32,000 bases of DNA from an uncultured Gammaproteobacteria bacterium (GCA_963695465.1 CAVOGM010000006.1:240878-272877), one strand, 5' to 3'; positions 9,111 through 18,282 are shown, numbered from the stretch's first letter. The notes: generated by a model from the letters alone, not told the origin. Numbers and translations: made by a program.

Positions 9111-10769
9111 TCAGCCGGCGGCGCCCGGGATCGACAGCGGCTGCGGATCCTTGCCGAGGCGGATGTCGACGCGCTGGAAGTACGTCACCCCGAACTGCCG
9201 CTCGAGGCCGCGCTGGCCGGGTACGCGTAGGTCGGCGGCGACCAGGGCGTCGAAACCGGCCGCGCGCAGGGACTCGGCCACCCATTCGGCCCGCCGCTGG
9301 GCCAACGAACGATTGCTGGCGGTCGAACCGGTGGAACTTGCGAACCCCGTGACCGTGACCGCACCGACCTGCCACGCCTTCAGCGCCCAGACGATGTCAT
9401 CGACCGCCGCGTGCTGGCCGATCAGGAAGTTCTCCCGCCCGGATTCGAAGTACAGCGACGGCAGCGGCCCGACCACCGGGATCACCGTGATATCCCACCC
9501 GGAAAACCGGGTGCGCAGCGACGCCTCGAGCTGGCGCAGGGCATGCAGGCCGACCCCGGCATCGGCGGTGGGCTCCACGCGGATACGCTTGGCCTCCGGC
9601 TCGACGTCCAGGGTCCGGACCGGAAAGAAGACCGCCGCCTTGACCGCGTCCACGGCCTCCTGCCGCGCGCGATACGCCTTGGCCAGCGGCTCCAGGTCCC
9701 TGCGGAGAAGGGCCGTCTCCGCGGCCTGTTGTGAAATCCGCTCGTCGAGATCCTCGCGACTGACCACGACCTGGTCGATGGACACCTGCGCCTCCTGGCC
9801 CAGTTTCCGCGCGATCCCGCCTGCAACGGCCGACTCGGCACCCACCCTGAACACCGGCGTCAGCACCGTCGCGGCCACCTCCAGCGGCTCGCCCCGGCCC
9901 CCGGCGATGTCGAGACTCTCAATTGAACTGCGGCGTCCCTCGAACTGGCGCTCGATCTCGGCCCGCACCGTCACCCCGACCACCGTCTTGCGACCGATAT
10001 CGACCAGTGCCAGGCCCAGCGGGACCGACAGCGCGGCAAAGGTCACCAGCGTAAGCGCCGTCTGCCACATCACGCTCACGGGGCTGTCGCTGGCCGTGAA
10101 CCGGTACCAGCGGGCCAGCAGGGCGACGCTGAGCGCGATGGCCAGGAGGTTCGTCATGAACAGCAGGAACGAACCCATCGCGATATGCATCTTCAGCGTC
10201 GCGATGCCGTAGCCGACGACCGCCAGCGGCGGCATCAGCGCGGTGGCAATGGCCACGCCGACGATCGCCTCGCCCCGGCCCTTGATGACCGCGTAGCCAC
10301 CGGCAAGTCCGGAAAACACCGCGACCAGCAAGTCGAACAGGTTCGGCTGGGTGCGCGCCAGGATTTCCGGCGTCTCGGCCTGCAGCGGGCTGAACGAGAC
10401 GATCACGATGGATATCAGCAGCGAAACCACGAGGCCGACGCCAAGCGCCACGACGCTACGCTTCATCTGCCGGTAGTCGACCGTGGTCAGGGAAAAGCCC
10501 AGCGCCACGATCGGCCCCATCAACGGCGAGACCAGCATGGCGCCGATGATCACGGCGACCGAGTTCTGCAGCAGCCCGAGGATGGCGATGCCACAGGAAA
10601 GGACCGTCATCAGCGCGAAACGGGGGGTGAGGTCTCCGCCCTCGTGGACGCGGTCCATGACCTCCGGATGCTGGACGCTCTCGGCGGCGCTCTTCCTGAG
10701 GTGGCGCACGCTGCGCCCGGCCAGCCGGACACGGGCCAGCAACTGACTACGCAGCTCATCCATGTTCAT
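9111..10769 (-). CDS. DUF389 (TIGR00341-type) integral membrane protein fused to a long linker and a C-terminal OmpA/MotB-like domain
   Basis: Intact 552-aa ORF. The N-terminal ~250 aa is multi-TM with DUF389-type motifs (GAMLVSPLMGPIVALG, ATALMPPLAVVGYGIA). The middle is Ala/Arg/Glu-rich and predicted helical (ERISQQAAETALLRRDLEPLAKAYRARQEAVDAVKA). The C-terminus LYFESGRENF...VTVTGFASSTGSTASNRSLAQRRAEWVAESLRAAG resembles the OmpA_C pattern (xF..gS..L...GHTD..G....N..LS..RA..V...L), but with GFAS in place of GHTD. Confidence 0.7.
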   Translation of the reverse strand: MNMDELRSQLLARVRLAGRSVRHLRKSAAESVQHPEVMDRVHEGGDLTPRFALMTVLSCGIAILGLLQNSVAVIIGAMLVSPLMGPIVALGFSLTTVDYRQMKRSVVALGVGLVVSLLISIVIVSFSPLQAETPEILARTQPNLFDLLVAVFSGLAGGYAVIKGRGEAIVGVAIATALMPPLAVVGYGIATLKMHIAMGSFLLFMTNLLAIALSVALLARWYRFTASDSPVSVMWQTALTLVTFAALSVPLGLALVDIGRKTVVGVTVRAEIERQFEGRRSSIESLDIAGGRGEPLEVAATVLTPVFRVGAESAVAGGIARKLGQEAQVSIDQVVVSREDLDERISQQAAETALLRRDLEPLAKAYRARQEAVDAVKAAVFFPVRTLDVEPEAKRIRVEPTADAGVGLHALRQLEASLRTRFSGWDITVIPVVGPLPSLYFESGRENFLIGQHAAVDDIVWALKAWQVGAVTVTGFASSTGSTASNRSLAQRRAEWVAESLRAAGFDALVAADLRVPGQRGLERQFGVTYFQRVDIRLGKDPQPLSIPGAAG

Positions 10770-10882
10770 GAGAATCCACTCCGACCGGGCGCGTCACGGC
10801 GCGCCCTGAACCGGCCGCAGTTCCCTGCCGGGGTACGCGACGGCGGGCGACTGTACTCGCTCCGCCGTCGTCCCGCTACTGG

Positions 10883-11490
10883 TTACGGCGCAGGCCGGAT
10901 GATGCCGCAGGCGTCGCGCGACCCGCCCGCGCAACCCTTCTTCAGGTCCGACTCCTGGTCGCAGTAGGTGTCCGCGTTCGTGTGGACGATGAATGCACTG
11001 CCATTGTCGTCGAAGAGGCCCAGCCGACCCGGGGACAGCGTCACCCGGTTGGTCGTGTGCTTCATGGTGCCGACGCCGTCCTTGACCTCCAGATTGATCA
11101 GGTCGCCCATGTGGTAGGGATGATTGATGTCCTTGGCCGGCACCTCGTCGGTCGGCGCTGTCCGGCCGCGACTGGCCGAACGGACCGGGATCGAAGTGGC
11201 CCTCGGCCGCAGCCGCAGGGCTCACAGGCGGCGACTTCATGGATGTGTACTGCATGCTTGCCATCGGTGAGGCCCTTGACCTTCATCTCGACGGTGACTT
11301 CCTTGACGCCTTCCGGCGTGACCTGCTCGACCAGGGTTGCGGTCCCCGAGATGGCCGGATTGGTGCAACCCTTGATCTCGGCGGTGGCCTGCAACCCATC
11401 CGCGTGGGAGCTGGAAATCGACAGGATCGCCAGGGCAAGCGAGGCGAGCGACATCCGCCCGATTGATTCGACTGTTGAACTCATTTTCAT
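10883..11490 (-). pseudogene. sodC: Periplasmic Cu/Zn superoxide dismutase family protein, split over three frames as sequenced
   Basis: ATG at 11490 with AGGAG upstream, and a signal peptide MKMSSTVESIGRMSLASLALAILSISSSHA. Frame 1 reads ...GKHAVHIHEVAACEPCG. Frame 2 (ORF 10794..11264) reads AAAEGHFDPGPFGQS. Frame 3 (ORF 10883..11143) reads AKDINHPYHMGDLINLEV...FIVHTNADTY...GGSRDACGII. Together these give the SOD_Cu pattern (HxH, GGHFxP, HxGDL, xxVH, G.R.ACGxI). Both breaks (~11230 and ~11150-11180) are +1 shifts. Confidence 0.75.
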
Positions 11491-11915
11491 GCTCCTTGCA
11501 ATGTGCAGCCGGCCAGGAACTTCTGCGGCGGCGTTTGGGATCAAACACGCAGGGAACCCGTTCACCGCAGCCGGCGGCGGCCTCCCCTCCCCGCCAACCT
11601 AACGCCGCTGGCAGGCGGGTTCAAGCCGTAGCCGGACCGGGCGCGGCTGCGGACCCCACATTGCCCGGCCCGGGCACCGATGAGGCACCCGGCAGGCGCC
11701 AGGTTGTCTGCCGAGTCGGAAAAGTTCATGCTTCGGCCGGTCCAGCCATCGTGCCAGGCCTATCGTGACTGCAATCGAGCCGACCCAAGACCCGGCCGTT
11801 CCCGACATCTTCCCGTACCGCCCACGAAAACCTTGTGGCGCCCTGCCTGAACGCCGCGCGCAGACCCAGTCGAGGCCAGCGAGATCACGCCCGAACTCAA
11901 GCAGGCTGCCGAAAC

Positions 11916-12815
11916 GTGACCCGTTCCTGGCTCGATCGCCCCGAGGGTGGCAGCCCCTTCGCCCTGCGGTTTCTGGTGGCCGTGGCGCTCGGTCTCGGCC
12001 GCGCCGTCGCGCGCCTCGTCCTGCTGCCGATCACCGCCTATTTCCTGGTCAGGCGCGGTCCCGAGCGGCGGGCATCGAGGGAGTATCTCGCCAGGGTGCT
12101 CGAGCGCCAGCCGAGCCTGCTGGAAGTCGCGCGGCACTTCCACACCTTTGCCGGCGTGACGCTCGATCGCGTCTATTTCCTGAAGGAGAAGCTCGACAAC
12201 TTTGAAATTCGCATCATCGGTGTCGAGCGGCTGCACGAGGCGATGGAACACGGCCGGGGCGTGCTGTTGATAGGGGCTCATGCCGGCAGCTTCGACTCCC
12301 TGCGTGCGTTCAGCCTGCTGCGCCCGGAGGCCACGGTCCGGGTCGTTCTGGACGCCGGGCACAGCCCCGTGTTGTCGGCGATTCTCACGGAGCTGAGCCC
12401 GAAAATAGCCGCGGGCATCATCAATCCGCGGCAGGCCGGCGTATCGGTAGCGTTGGAGATTGGCGCGGCGCTGGAGCGTGGCGAGTTGGTGACGATGCTG
12501 GCCGACCGGGGACGGCCGGGGCACGAGGTGGTCGAGGTCGACTTCCTGGGGGGTCTGGCAGGGTTTCCGCTGGCCCCGTGGCAGATCGCCGCGGTCACGC
12601 ATGTCCCGGTGGTCTTCTGCATCGGCCTGTACCGTGGCGGCAACCGCTACGACCTCCACTTCGAGCTGCTTACGGAGGAACTGCAGGTCGACCGGCGCCG
12701 GCGCAGGGAACAACTGCACGCCGCCGTCCAGGAATTCGCGAACCGGCTTGCCGAGCATGTCCGGATCGCGCCATACAACTGGTTCAACTTCTACGACTTC
12801 TGGAGTGGGCCCTAG
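11916..12815 (+). CDS. LpxL/HtrB-family (lysophospholipid/lipid A-type) acyltransferase
   Basis: ORF 11835..12815. I prefer the in-frame GTG at 11916 (VTRSWLDRPEGGSPFALRFLVAVALGL...) because the preceding 27 codons are Arg/Ala-rich junk, but ATG 11835 cannot be excluded. There is an N-terminal TM segment, an HX4D acyltransferase motif (GAHAGSFD, 12279..12296), and a family-typical C-terminus APYNWFNFYDFW. Confidence 0.75.
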   Translation: MTRSWLDRPEGGSPFALRFLVAVALGLGRAVARLVLLPITAYFLVRRGPERRASREYLARVLERQPSLLEVARHFHTFAGVTLDRVYFLKEKLDNFEIRIIGVERLHEAMEHGRGVLLIGAHAGSFDSLRAFSLLRPEATVRVVLDAGHSPVLSAILTELSPKIAAGIINPRQAGVSVALEIGAALERGELVTMLADRGRPGHEVVEVDFLGGLAGFPLAPWQIAAVTHVPVVFCIGLYRGGNRYDLHFELLTEELQVDRRRRREQLHAAVQEFANRLAEHVRIAPYNWFNFYDFWSGP

Positions 12816-12935
12816 CGCGGCCGGTTGCGACCGGCGGGTTGGCCGCTGACGTTTCCGCGGGCCCGCCTGTCGTGACAACATGGGACTGGCCGGGCGGCGC
12901 CTGGCACCAGGCCAGCAACGCCGAGGGAATCTGTC

Positions 12936-14255
12936 GTGCGAATCGCATTCATCTCGCCCAATCGCGAGCAACTTCCCGACCCGGTGCCGCCGCTCGGGCT
13001 GCTGTACATGATGAGCGCGGTCGGTGAGGAACATGACAGGACCCTGATCGATCTGTGCTTCGAGGATCGCCCCCTCGAGCTCGTCGGTCACCGGCTGGAT
13101 GAATTCTCCCCCGACCTGATTGCCGTCGGGATGCGCAACCTGCACAACGCCGACTACACGGACTCGCAGGCCATACTCGCCTACTACGACCAGGTCTTCC
13201 GCGCGATTCGCGAGCACAGCCTCGCACCCCTGGTCATGGGTGGCGGTGGCTTCAGCGTCCTGCCACAGCAGCTCATGCGACGCTTTCGACTCGACTACGG
13301 CATCGTCGGCGAAGGCGAGCGGGCCTTTGCAGCCCTGGTCTCGCGCATGGCCGGCGGGTCGCGCCAAGCGCGGGACATTCCCAACCTCTTGTCCGGCGAC
13401 GGGGTGCCGCCTGTCCCGGCCTCGCAGCATCGCGAGTATCTCGACCTTGACGCCAACGTGACACCGGACCGCCGCTGGACCGACCCCCGGTACTACGAGC
13501 TATCGGGGATTGCCTCGATCCAGACCAAGCGCGGCTGCACCATGAGGTGCGATTACTGCACCTACCCGGACATCGAGGGCCGTGAGATCCGGCGGCGAGC
13601 TGGCGAGGTTGTCGCCGACGAGTGGCAGGCCCTGGTGGCCTCCCATCCGTCCATCGACCACATCTTCATCGTGGATGCCGTGTTCAACCTGCCGCCCCGC
13701 CATGCCCGCGAGGTCAGCGAGGCGCTGATCGCTCGCGGCCTGAACACGCCCTGGACCTGCTACCTGAATCCCCTGTACTTCGACCAGGCGTTGGCGAACG
13801 TGATGGCGCGCGCGGCTTGCTCGGGTGTCGAGATAGGCTCCGACTCGGGCACGGACGAGGGGCTGGAGCGGCTGCGCAAGGGGTTCACGACGGATGACAT
13901 TCGCCGGGCGAGTCGCTCATGTCGCGAAGCGGGCATCAAGGACTGCCATACGTTCGTCCTCGGAGCGCGCGGCGACACGCTGGACGACGTCGAGCGTTCG
14001 CTCGATTTCATCGACACGCTCGATCCGCATGCCGCCATCATCATGGCGTACAAGGACGACCGGGAGGCCCTGGATGTCGAACTCGCAGCACGCATGGGCG
14101 AGTTCCGGACCCGCGTTCTCGAGGCTGTCGCGCGCCGCGCGGCGGACCGGCCGCGCTGGTCGGTCCCGTCGCTAGGTCTGCGCTTCAACAGCCGGTACTT
14201 CAGCCGGCTGCGAAAGCGGGGCGTGCGGGGCCCGCTCTGGCAATACGTTCGCTGA
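12936..14255 (+). CDS. B12-binding-domain radical SAM protein (class B rSAM)
   Basis: Intact 439-aa ORF starting at GTG 12936 (GAGGGA 7 nt upstream). The N-terminal ~130 aa is a Rossmann-like B12-binding-type domain (MRIAFISPN...PPLGLLYMMSA...PDLIAVGMRNLH...VMGGGGFSVLP). The radical SAM cluster motif is CTMRCDYC (13535..13558), followed by GVEIGSDSGTDEGLERLRKG (GGE-like SAM-binding region). Confidence 0.85.
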   Translation: MRIAFISPNREQLPDPVPPLGLLYMMSAVGEEHDRTLIDLCFEDRPLELVGHRLDEFSPDLIAVGMRNLHNADYTDSQAILAYYDQVFRAIREHSLAPLVMGGGGFSVLPQQLMRRFRLDYGIVGEGERAFAALVSRMAGGSRQARDIPNLLSGDGVPPVPASQHREYLDLDANVTPDRRWTDPRYYELSGIASIQTKRGCTMRCDYCTYPDIEGREIRRRAGEVVADEWQALVASHPSIDHIFIVDAVFNLPPRHAREVSEALIARGLNTPWTCYLNPLYFDQALANVMARAACSGVEIGSDSGTDEGLERLRKGFTTDDIRRASRSCREAGIKDCHTFVLGARGDTLDDVERSLDFIDTLDPHAAIIMAYKDDREALDVELAARMGEFRTRVLEAVARRAADRPRWSVPSLGLRFNSRYFSRLRKRGVRGPLWQYVR

Positions 14256-14281
14256 GCCCGAACGCGCCCCTCGCCTCTGGT

Positions 14282-15499
14282 TCAATACTGCCAGCGGCGG
14301 AACACCAGGCTCGCGTTCGTCCCGCCGAAACCGAAGCTGTTTGACATCGCAAGCCGTGGCCCGGGCGTCCGCAGCTCGCGAACGACGGGAAGGTCCTCCG
14401 ACTCGGGATCGAGCTCGTCGATGTTGGCCGAGGCCGCGATGAAATCGCCCTGCATCATGAGCAGGCAGTAGATGGCCTCGTGGACGCCGGCTGCGCCGAG
14501 CGAGTGCCCGGTCAGGGACTTGGTCGAGGACATGCGGCGGCGCGTCCTTCGCCAAAGACCTCGCGCACCGCCTTCAACTCGACCAGGTCGCCCAGCGGCG
14601 TCGAGGTGCCGTGGGTGTTCACGTAGTCGACCGGTTCGTCGAGTCCCTCGAGCGCCATGCGCATGCAGCGCACGGCGCCCTCGCCGGACGGCGCCACCAT
14701 GTCGTAGCCATCCGACGTCGCGCCATAACCGACGATCTCGGCGAGGATCCGCGCGCCGCGTGCCCTGGCGTGCTCCAGCTCCTCCAGGACCAGCATGCCG
14801 CCGCCGCCGGCGATGACGAAGCCGTCGCGCCCGGTATCGTAGGCTCGCGATGCGCGCTCGGGGTCGTCGTTGCGCCCGGCCGACAGCGCGCCCATCGCGT
14901 CGAACAGCGCAGCCAGGCCCCAGTTCAGCTCCTCGCCGCCGCCCGCGAAGACGATGTCCTGCTTGTTCCAGCGGATCTCGTCGGCAGCATTGCCTATGCA
15001 GTGCGCGGCTGTGGCGCAGGCCGAGGAAATCGAATAGTTGATGCCGCGGATCTGAAATGGCGTCGCGAGGCAGGCCGAGACCGTGGAGCACATCGTGCGC
15101 GGGACCATGTACGGACCGATGCGTCGTGACGCCCGACGCGCGGGCCTTGTCGATCGCGGCGATCTGGTTGGCCATGGAGCCGCCGCCGGAGCCCGCCACC
15201 AGACCGGTGCGCGGGTTGGAGACGTCCTCCGGCGTGAGCCCCGCGTCCGCGATCGCATCCGCCATCGCGACGTAGGCGTAGGCCGCGGCGTCGCCCATGA
15301 ACCGCCTCACCTTGCGGTCGATACGTGCGTCGAGGTCGATCTCTGGCCGCCCGCCGACCTGGCTGCGAAGGCCCTGCTCGGCGAATTCGGGAATACGGGT
15401 GATGCCGGAGCGGCCCAGGCGCAGGGACTCGATTACCGTCGCGGCATCGCAACCGATGCAGGAGACGACACCCAGCCCGGTGACGACGACACGTCTCAT
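14282..15499 (-). pseudogene. fabB: 3-oxoacyl-ACP synthase I (FabB), frame-broken as sequenced
   Basis: The N- and C-termini lie in ORF 14282..15499 ([16 protein letters not shown]...[14 protein letters not shown] and [27 protein letters not shown]...MSNSFGFGGTNASLVFRRWQY). The catalytic core lies in ORF 14512..15258 ([47 protein letters not shown]...[11 protein letters not shown]). It is colinear with my recollection of E. coli and P. aeruginosa FabB. Junction 1 is GTC-a-CGACGC (~15125, 1 extra base). Junction 2 is ~14530 (GCCGCCgcATG, 2 extra bases restore the length match). Confidence 0.9.
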
Positions 15500-16074
15500 G
15501 CGCCGGCCCCGGTCGTTTCACCGAAGGCGTCAAGCGACGAGAACAACCCGACCTTGAGGCCCGCCGCCGTGTAGATCTCGCGTCCGTCCACCAGCATGCG
15601 GCCGTCCGCGATGCCCAGGATGAGGTTGCGCGCGATGATCCGCTTGACGTGGACCTCGTAGGTGACGAGCTTCGCGGTCGGCAGCACCTGCCCGACGAAC
15701 TTGACCTCACCGACACCGAGCGCCCGGCCGCGGCCGCGATGGCCCGACCAGGCGAGGTAGAAGCCGAGCAAGCTGCCAGAGGGCATCCAGGCCCAGGCAC
15801 CCGGGCATCACCGGGTCGTCCTCGAAGTGACAGTCGAAAGAACCAGAGCTTCGGGATCGATGTCGAGTTCGGCCACCAGCATGCCGCGACCGTAACGGCC
15901 GCCGGTCGAGTCGATGTGGGTGATCCGGTCGACCATCCGCATCGGATCGAGCGGAAACTTCGCGGCGGTCGCATCGAACAGCTGGCCGTGGCCGGCAGCG
16001 ATGAGGTCCTCGCGAGTGTAGGATGACTTGTCCAAACCGTGGCCCCCATCTGTCCGAACGCTGCGCTCCTGCAC
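15496..16074 (-). pseudogene. fabA: 3-hydroxydecanoyl-ACP dehydratase/isomerase (FabA), frame-broken as sequenced
   Basis: Three pieces: [58 protein letters not shown] (ORF 15808..16074), [23 protein letters not shown] (ORF 15707..16084) and [45 protein letters not shown]... (ORF 15496..15786). Joined, they match the E. coli FabA pattern [34 protein letters not shown]. Restoring LWFF needs two single-base removals 13 nt apart (~15840-15853), and a third is needed at ~15785. The true start may be TTG at 16035 ([11 protein letters not shown]). The stop TGA overlaps the fabB ATG (ATGA, 15496..15499). Confidence 0.9.
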
Positions 16075-16299
16075 GGCGCGTCATAGCCGGTCAGGCAAAC
16101 GTTGTACGACCCAGATGGCACTGTAGCAGTTGCAAGGTACGAAGTCTCGACTCAGGCGACGCCTCCCGCGAGACCGTGCACAGCGTCGGGACGGTGGTCC
16201 GACCGCGGCACTTCTACGCCGCGAAATTGCCACAAGACAGCAAGACACCGCTACGATAGGCGACAGGTTCGCCGCGCACTGGGGCGACGGGAGACGGTG

Positions 16300-17140
16300 A
16301 TGATGCAGCAGGCCGCCGACTTTCTGGCCGAGAGTGAAACGCTGTACGCGTTGCTGGCCGACCTGGCCGACGGGACTTCGGGCAGAGCGACGGCGTTCAA
16401 GGGCTGGACCATCAACGACGTTCTCGGCCACCTGCACATGTGGAACTGGGCCGCCGATCTGTCGCTGACGGATGGCGACGCTTTCCTGGCGTTCTTCAGG
16501 ACCGTGTCGAATCACGTCCGCGCAGGCAGCCTGTCGGCGTTCGAAACGCAGTGGCTCGAAGGACTCGCGGGGCGCGCACTGCTCGAAGGCTGGCGAGGCT
16601 TCTACGTCCCCATGGCGGAGCGCTTCGGCGCCGCGGATCCGTCGGCACGCGTGGCATGGGCCGGGCCGACCATGAGCGTGCGCTCGTCCATCACCGCGCG
16701 GCTCATGGAGACCTGGGCGCACGGCCAGGCGATCTACGACCTGCTCGGCGTCGTCCGCCGGAATGCGGACCGGATCGGCAACATCGTCGTGCTCGGCGTG
16801 AACACCTACGGCTGGACATTCAAGGTCCGCAACCTCGAGCGCGCCGAGCCCATCCCGTTCGTGAGGCTGACCGCGCCGTCGGGCGCGGTCTGGTCTTTCG
16901 GCGAGGAAATGACGCTGAAGAACGCATCGACGGCCTCGCCGAGGAGTTCTGCCAGGTGGTGACCCAGACACGCAATGTCGCGGATACCCAGGCTGCGCAT
17001 CACCGGCCCCAACGCGAGCGACGTGGATGGCCAAGGCCCAGTGTTTCGCCGGCCGGCCAGAGGATCCGCCGCCACCCGGAACGCGGGCGATCCAGTTCGT
17101 GGCAGCGCACGCAACGCGATGGACGGGAGACGCATCATGA
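16300..17140 (+). pseudogene. DinB/MDMPI_N-like metal-binding protein (TIGR03084-type by recollection), frame-broken as sequenced
   Basis: ATG 16300 (GGGAGA upstream): MMQQAADFLAESETLYALLADL...FKGWTINDVLGHLHMWNWAADLSL...METWAHGQAIYDLLGV...VWSFGEE. It continues in another frame as DAEERIDGLAEEFCQVVTQTRNVADTQ, then LRITGPNA, then TWMAKAQCFAGRPEDPPPPGTRAIQ... to TGA 17138..17140. At least three frame changes occur between ~16905 and ~17010. Confidence 0.6.
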
Positions 17141-18130
17141 ACCGGATCGAGCCATCACTTGCCGTCGCGGCTCTTGCGACGCTTTCGATCGCCGCCGCCG
17201 CGATGGCCGGCGACGATACGTTCGTGGTGCCCGCCTGGGCCTTTCCCGGCAGACCCGCTGAAGCCGGCCGATGCGCCAGGCGCCGACGACGACGACACCG
17301 CTGCACGTGCCCGACAGCGACGCCGACTTCACCCGGGCGCAGGTCACGACCTGTTCGCCGCGCCCGACTGGCATCCCGGCACGCATCCGCCGATGCCGGA
17401 CATCGTCGCGCACGGACGCAAGCCTGCCGTCTATGCCTGCGGCTACTGCCACCTGCCGGATGGCCGGGGCCGTCCCGAGAATGCCGCGCTGGCGGGCCTG
17501 CCAGCCGCGTACATCGTCGACCAGATCGCACGATTTCCGCAGCGGAGAGCGCGTCGCAGCGCATGGCACGACACCTAGCTGCCCGCGGATTTCATGACCG
17601 CGTCAGCGAAAGCCGCGACCCGGGATGAAATCGCTTCGCAGCAGGGTACTTCGCGAGTCTGCCGATGAAGCGCAATGTCGAGGTCGATCGAGACCGCTCG
17701 AGGTCCCGAAGACGAGGGAGCTCGGGTGGCTTTACGTACCGATTTCGACGGTGCGGAAACCGAACCGCTCGGATCGCGAATCATCGAGGTCCCCCTGGAC
17801 CACGACCGGCACGAGTTGCGGGATTCCGAATCCGGGTTCCGCGCCTACGTCCCCGTGGGAAGCATCGCAAGCGGAAGGGATCTCGTCGAGGAGGGGCGCG
17901 GCGAGCCGGCACTCGCCTGCACGAACTGTCACGGCGCGGATCTGCGCGGCGAGGGACTCTTCCCGCCCCTGGCTGGCCGGTCGCCCACCTACATCCTCCG
18001 CCAGTTGCTGGCCTTCAAGACGGGCACGCGAGCGAGCGCCAGCAGCCGTTCCATGGTTCATATCGTCAAGCAGCTCGAGATCGAGGACATGATCGCGGCC
18101 GCCGCCTACGCGGCATCGATGGAGCCCTAG
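17137..18130 (+). pseudogene. Dihaem c-type cytochrome with signal peptide, frame-broken as sequenced
   Basis: The ATG at 17137 overlaps the upstream stop (ATGA). The signal peptide is MNRIEPSLAVAALATLSIAAAAMA. The first haem motif, CGYCH, sits in ...DLFAAPDWHPGTHPPMPDIVAHGRKPAVYACGYCHLPDGRGRPENAALAGLPAAYIVDQI. The second, CTNCH, sits in ...EPALACTNCHGADLRGEGLFPPLAGRSPTYILRQLLAFKTGTR...MIAAAAYAASMEP (ORF 17675..18130). The sensible sequence hops between ORF-track frames 16975, 17159, 17271 and 17675 (five or more junctions). Confidence 0.75.
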
Positions 18131-18214
18131 GCGCGCTTCCCGCGACTTCCTGTCAATCCCGCACCGGCTCAGGCGCCGAGTCGCGGCCACGGGAACCGGC
18201 AGTCCCGATCGCGC

Positions 18215-18253
18215 TTGTATTTATTTTAATTTATAATAAACTTAAATGAATTA
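18215..18253 (+). promoter_or_regulatory. AT-rich island with a candidate promoter and palindromic operator upstream of the TetR gene
   Basis: TTGTATTTATTTTAATTTATAATAAACTTAAATGAATTA is almost pure A/T in otherwise GC-rich DNA, and lies 30-68 nt upstream of GTG 18283. It contains an exact TATAAT (18232..18237). It also contains TTGTAT (18215..18220), a 16-nt spacer, then TAAACT (18237..18242), and the 5-1-5 palindrome TTTAT-A-ATAAA (18230..18240). Confidence 0.45.
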
Positions 18254-18282
18254 GGGATTCCGCACCCAGTCAGGACCGTAAC

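Noticed and set aside
11760-13430. Minus-strand 556-aa ORF spanning the acyltransferase and rSAM genes
   Set aside because: It is antisense to two genes with clear family motifs (HX4D and CX3CX2C) and crosses their intergenic gap. It is a shadow ORF.
16075-16299. FabR/DesT-type operator upstream of fabA
   Set aside because: I found only a loose direct repeat of GTACGA and no convincing palindrome. This region also lies next to the error-dense block.
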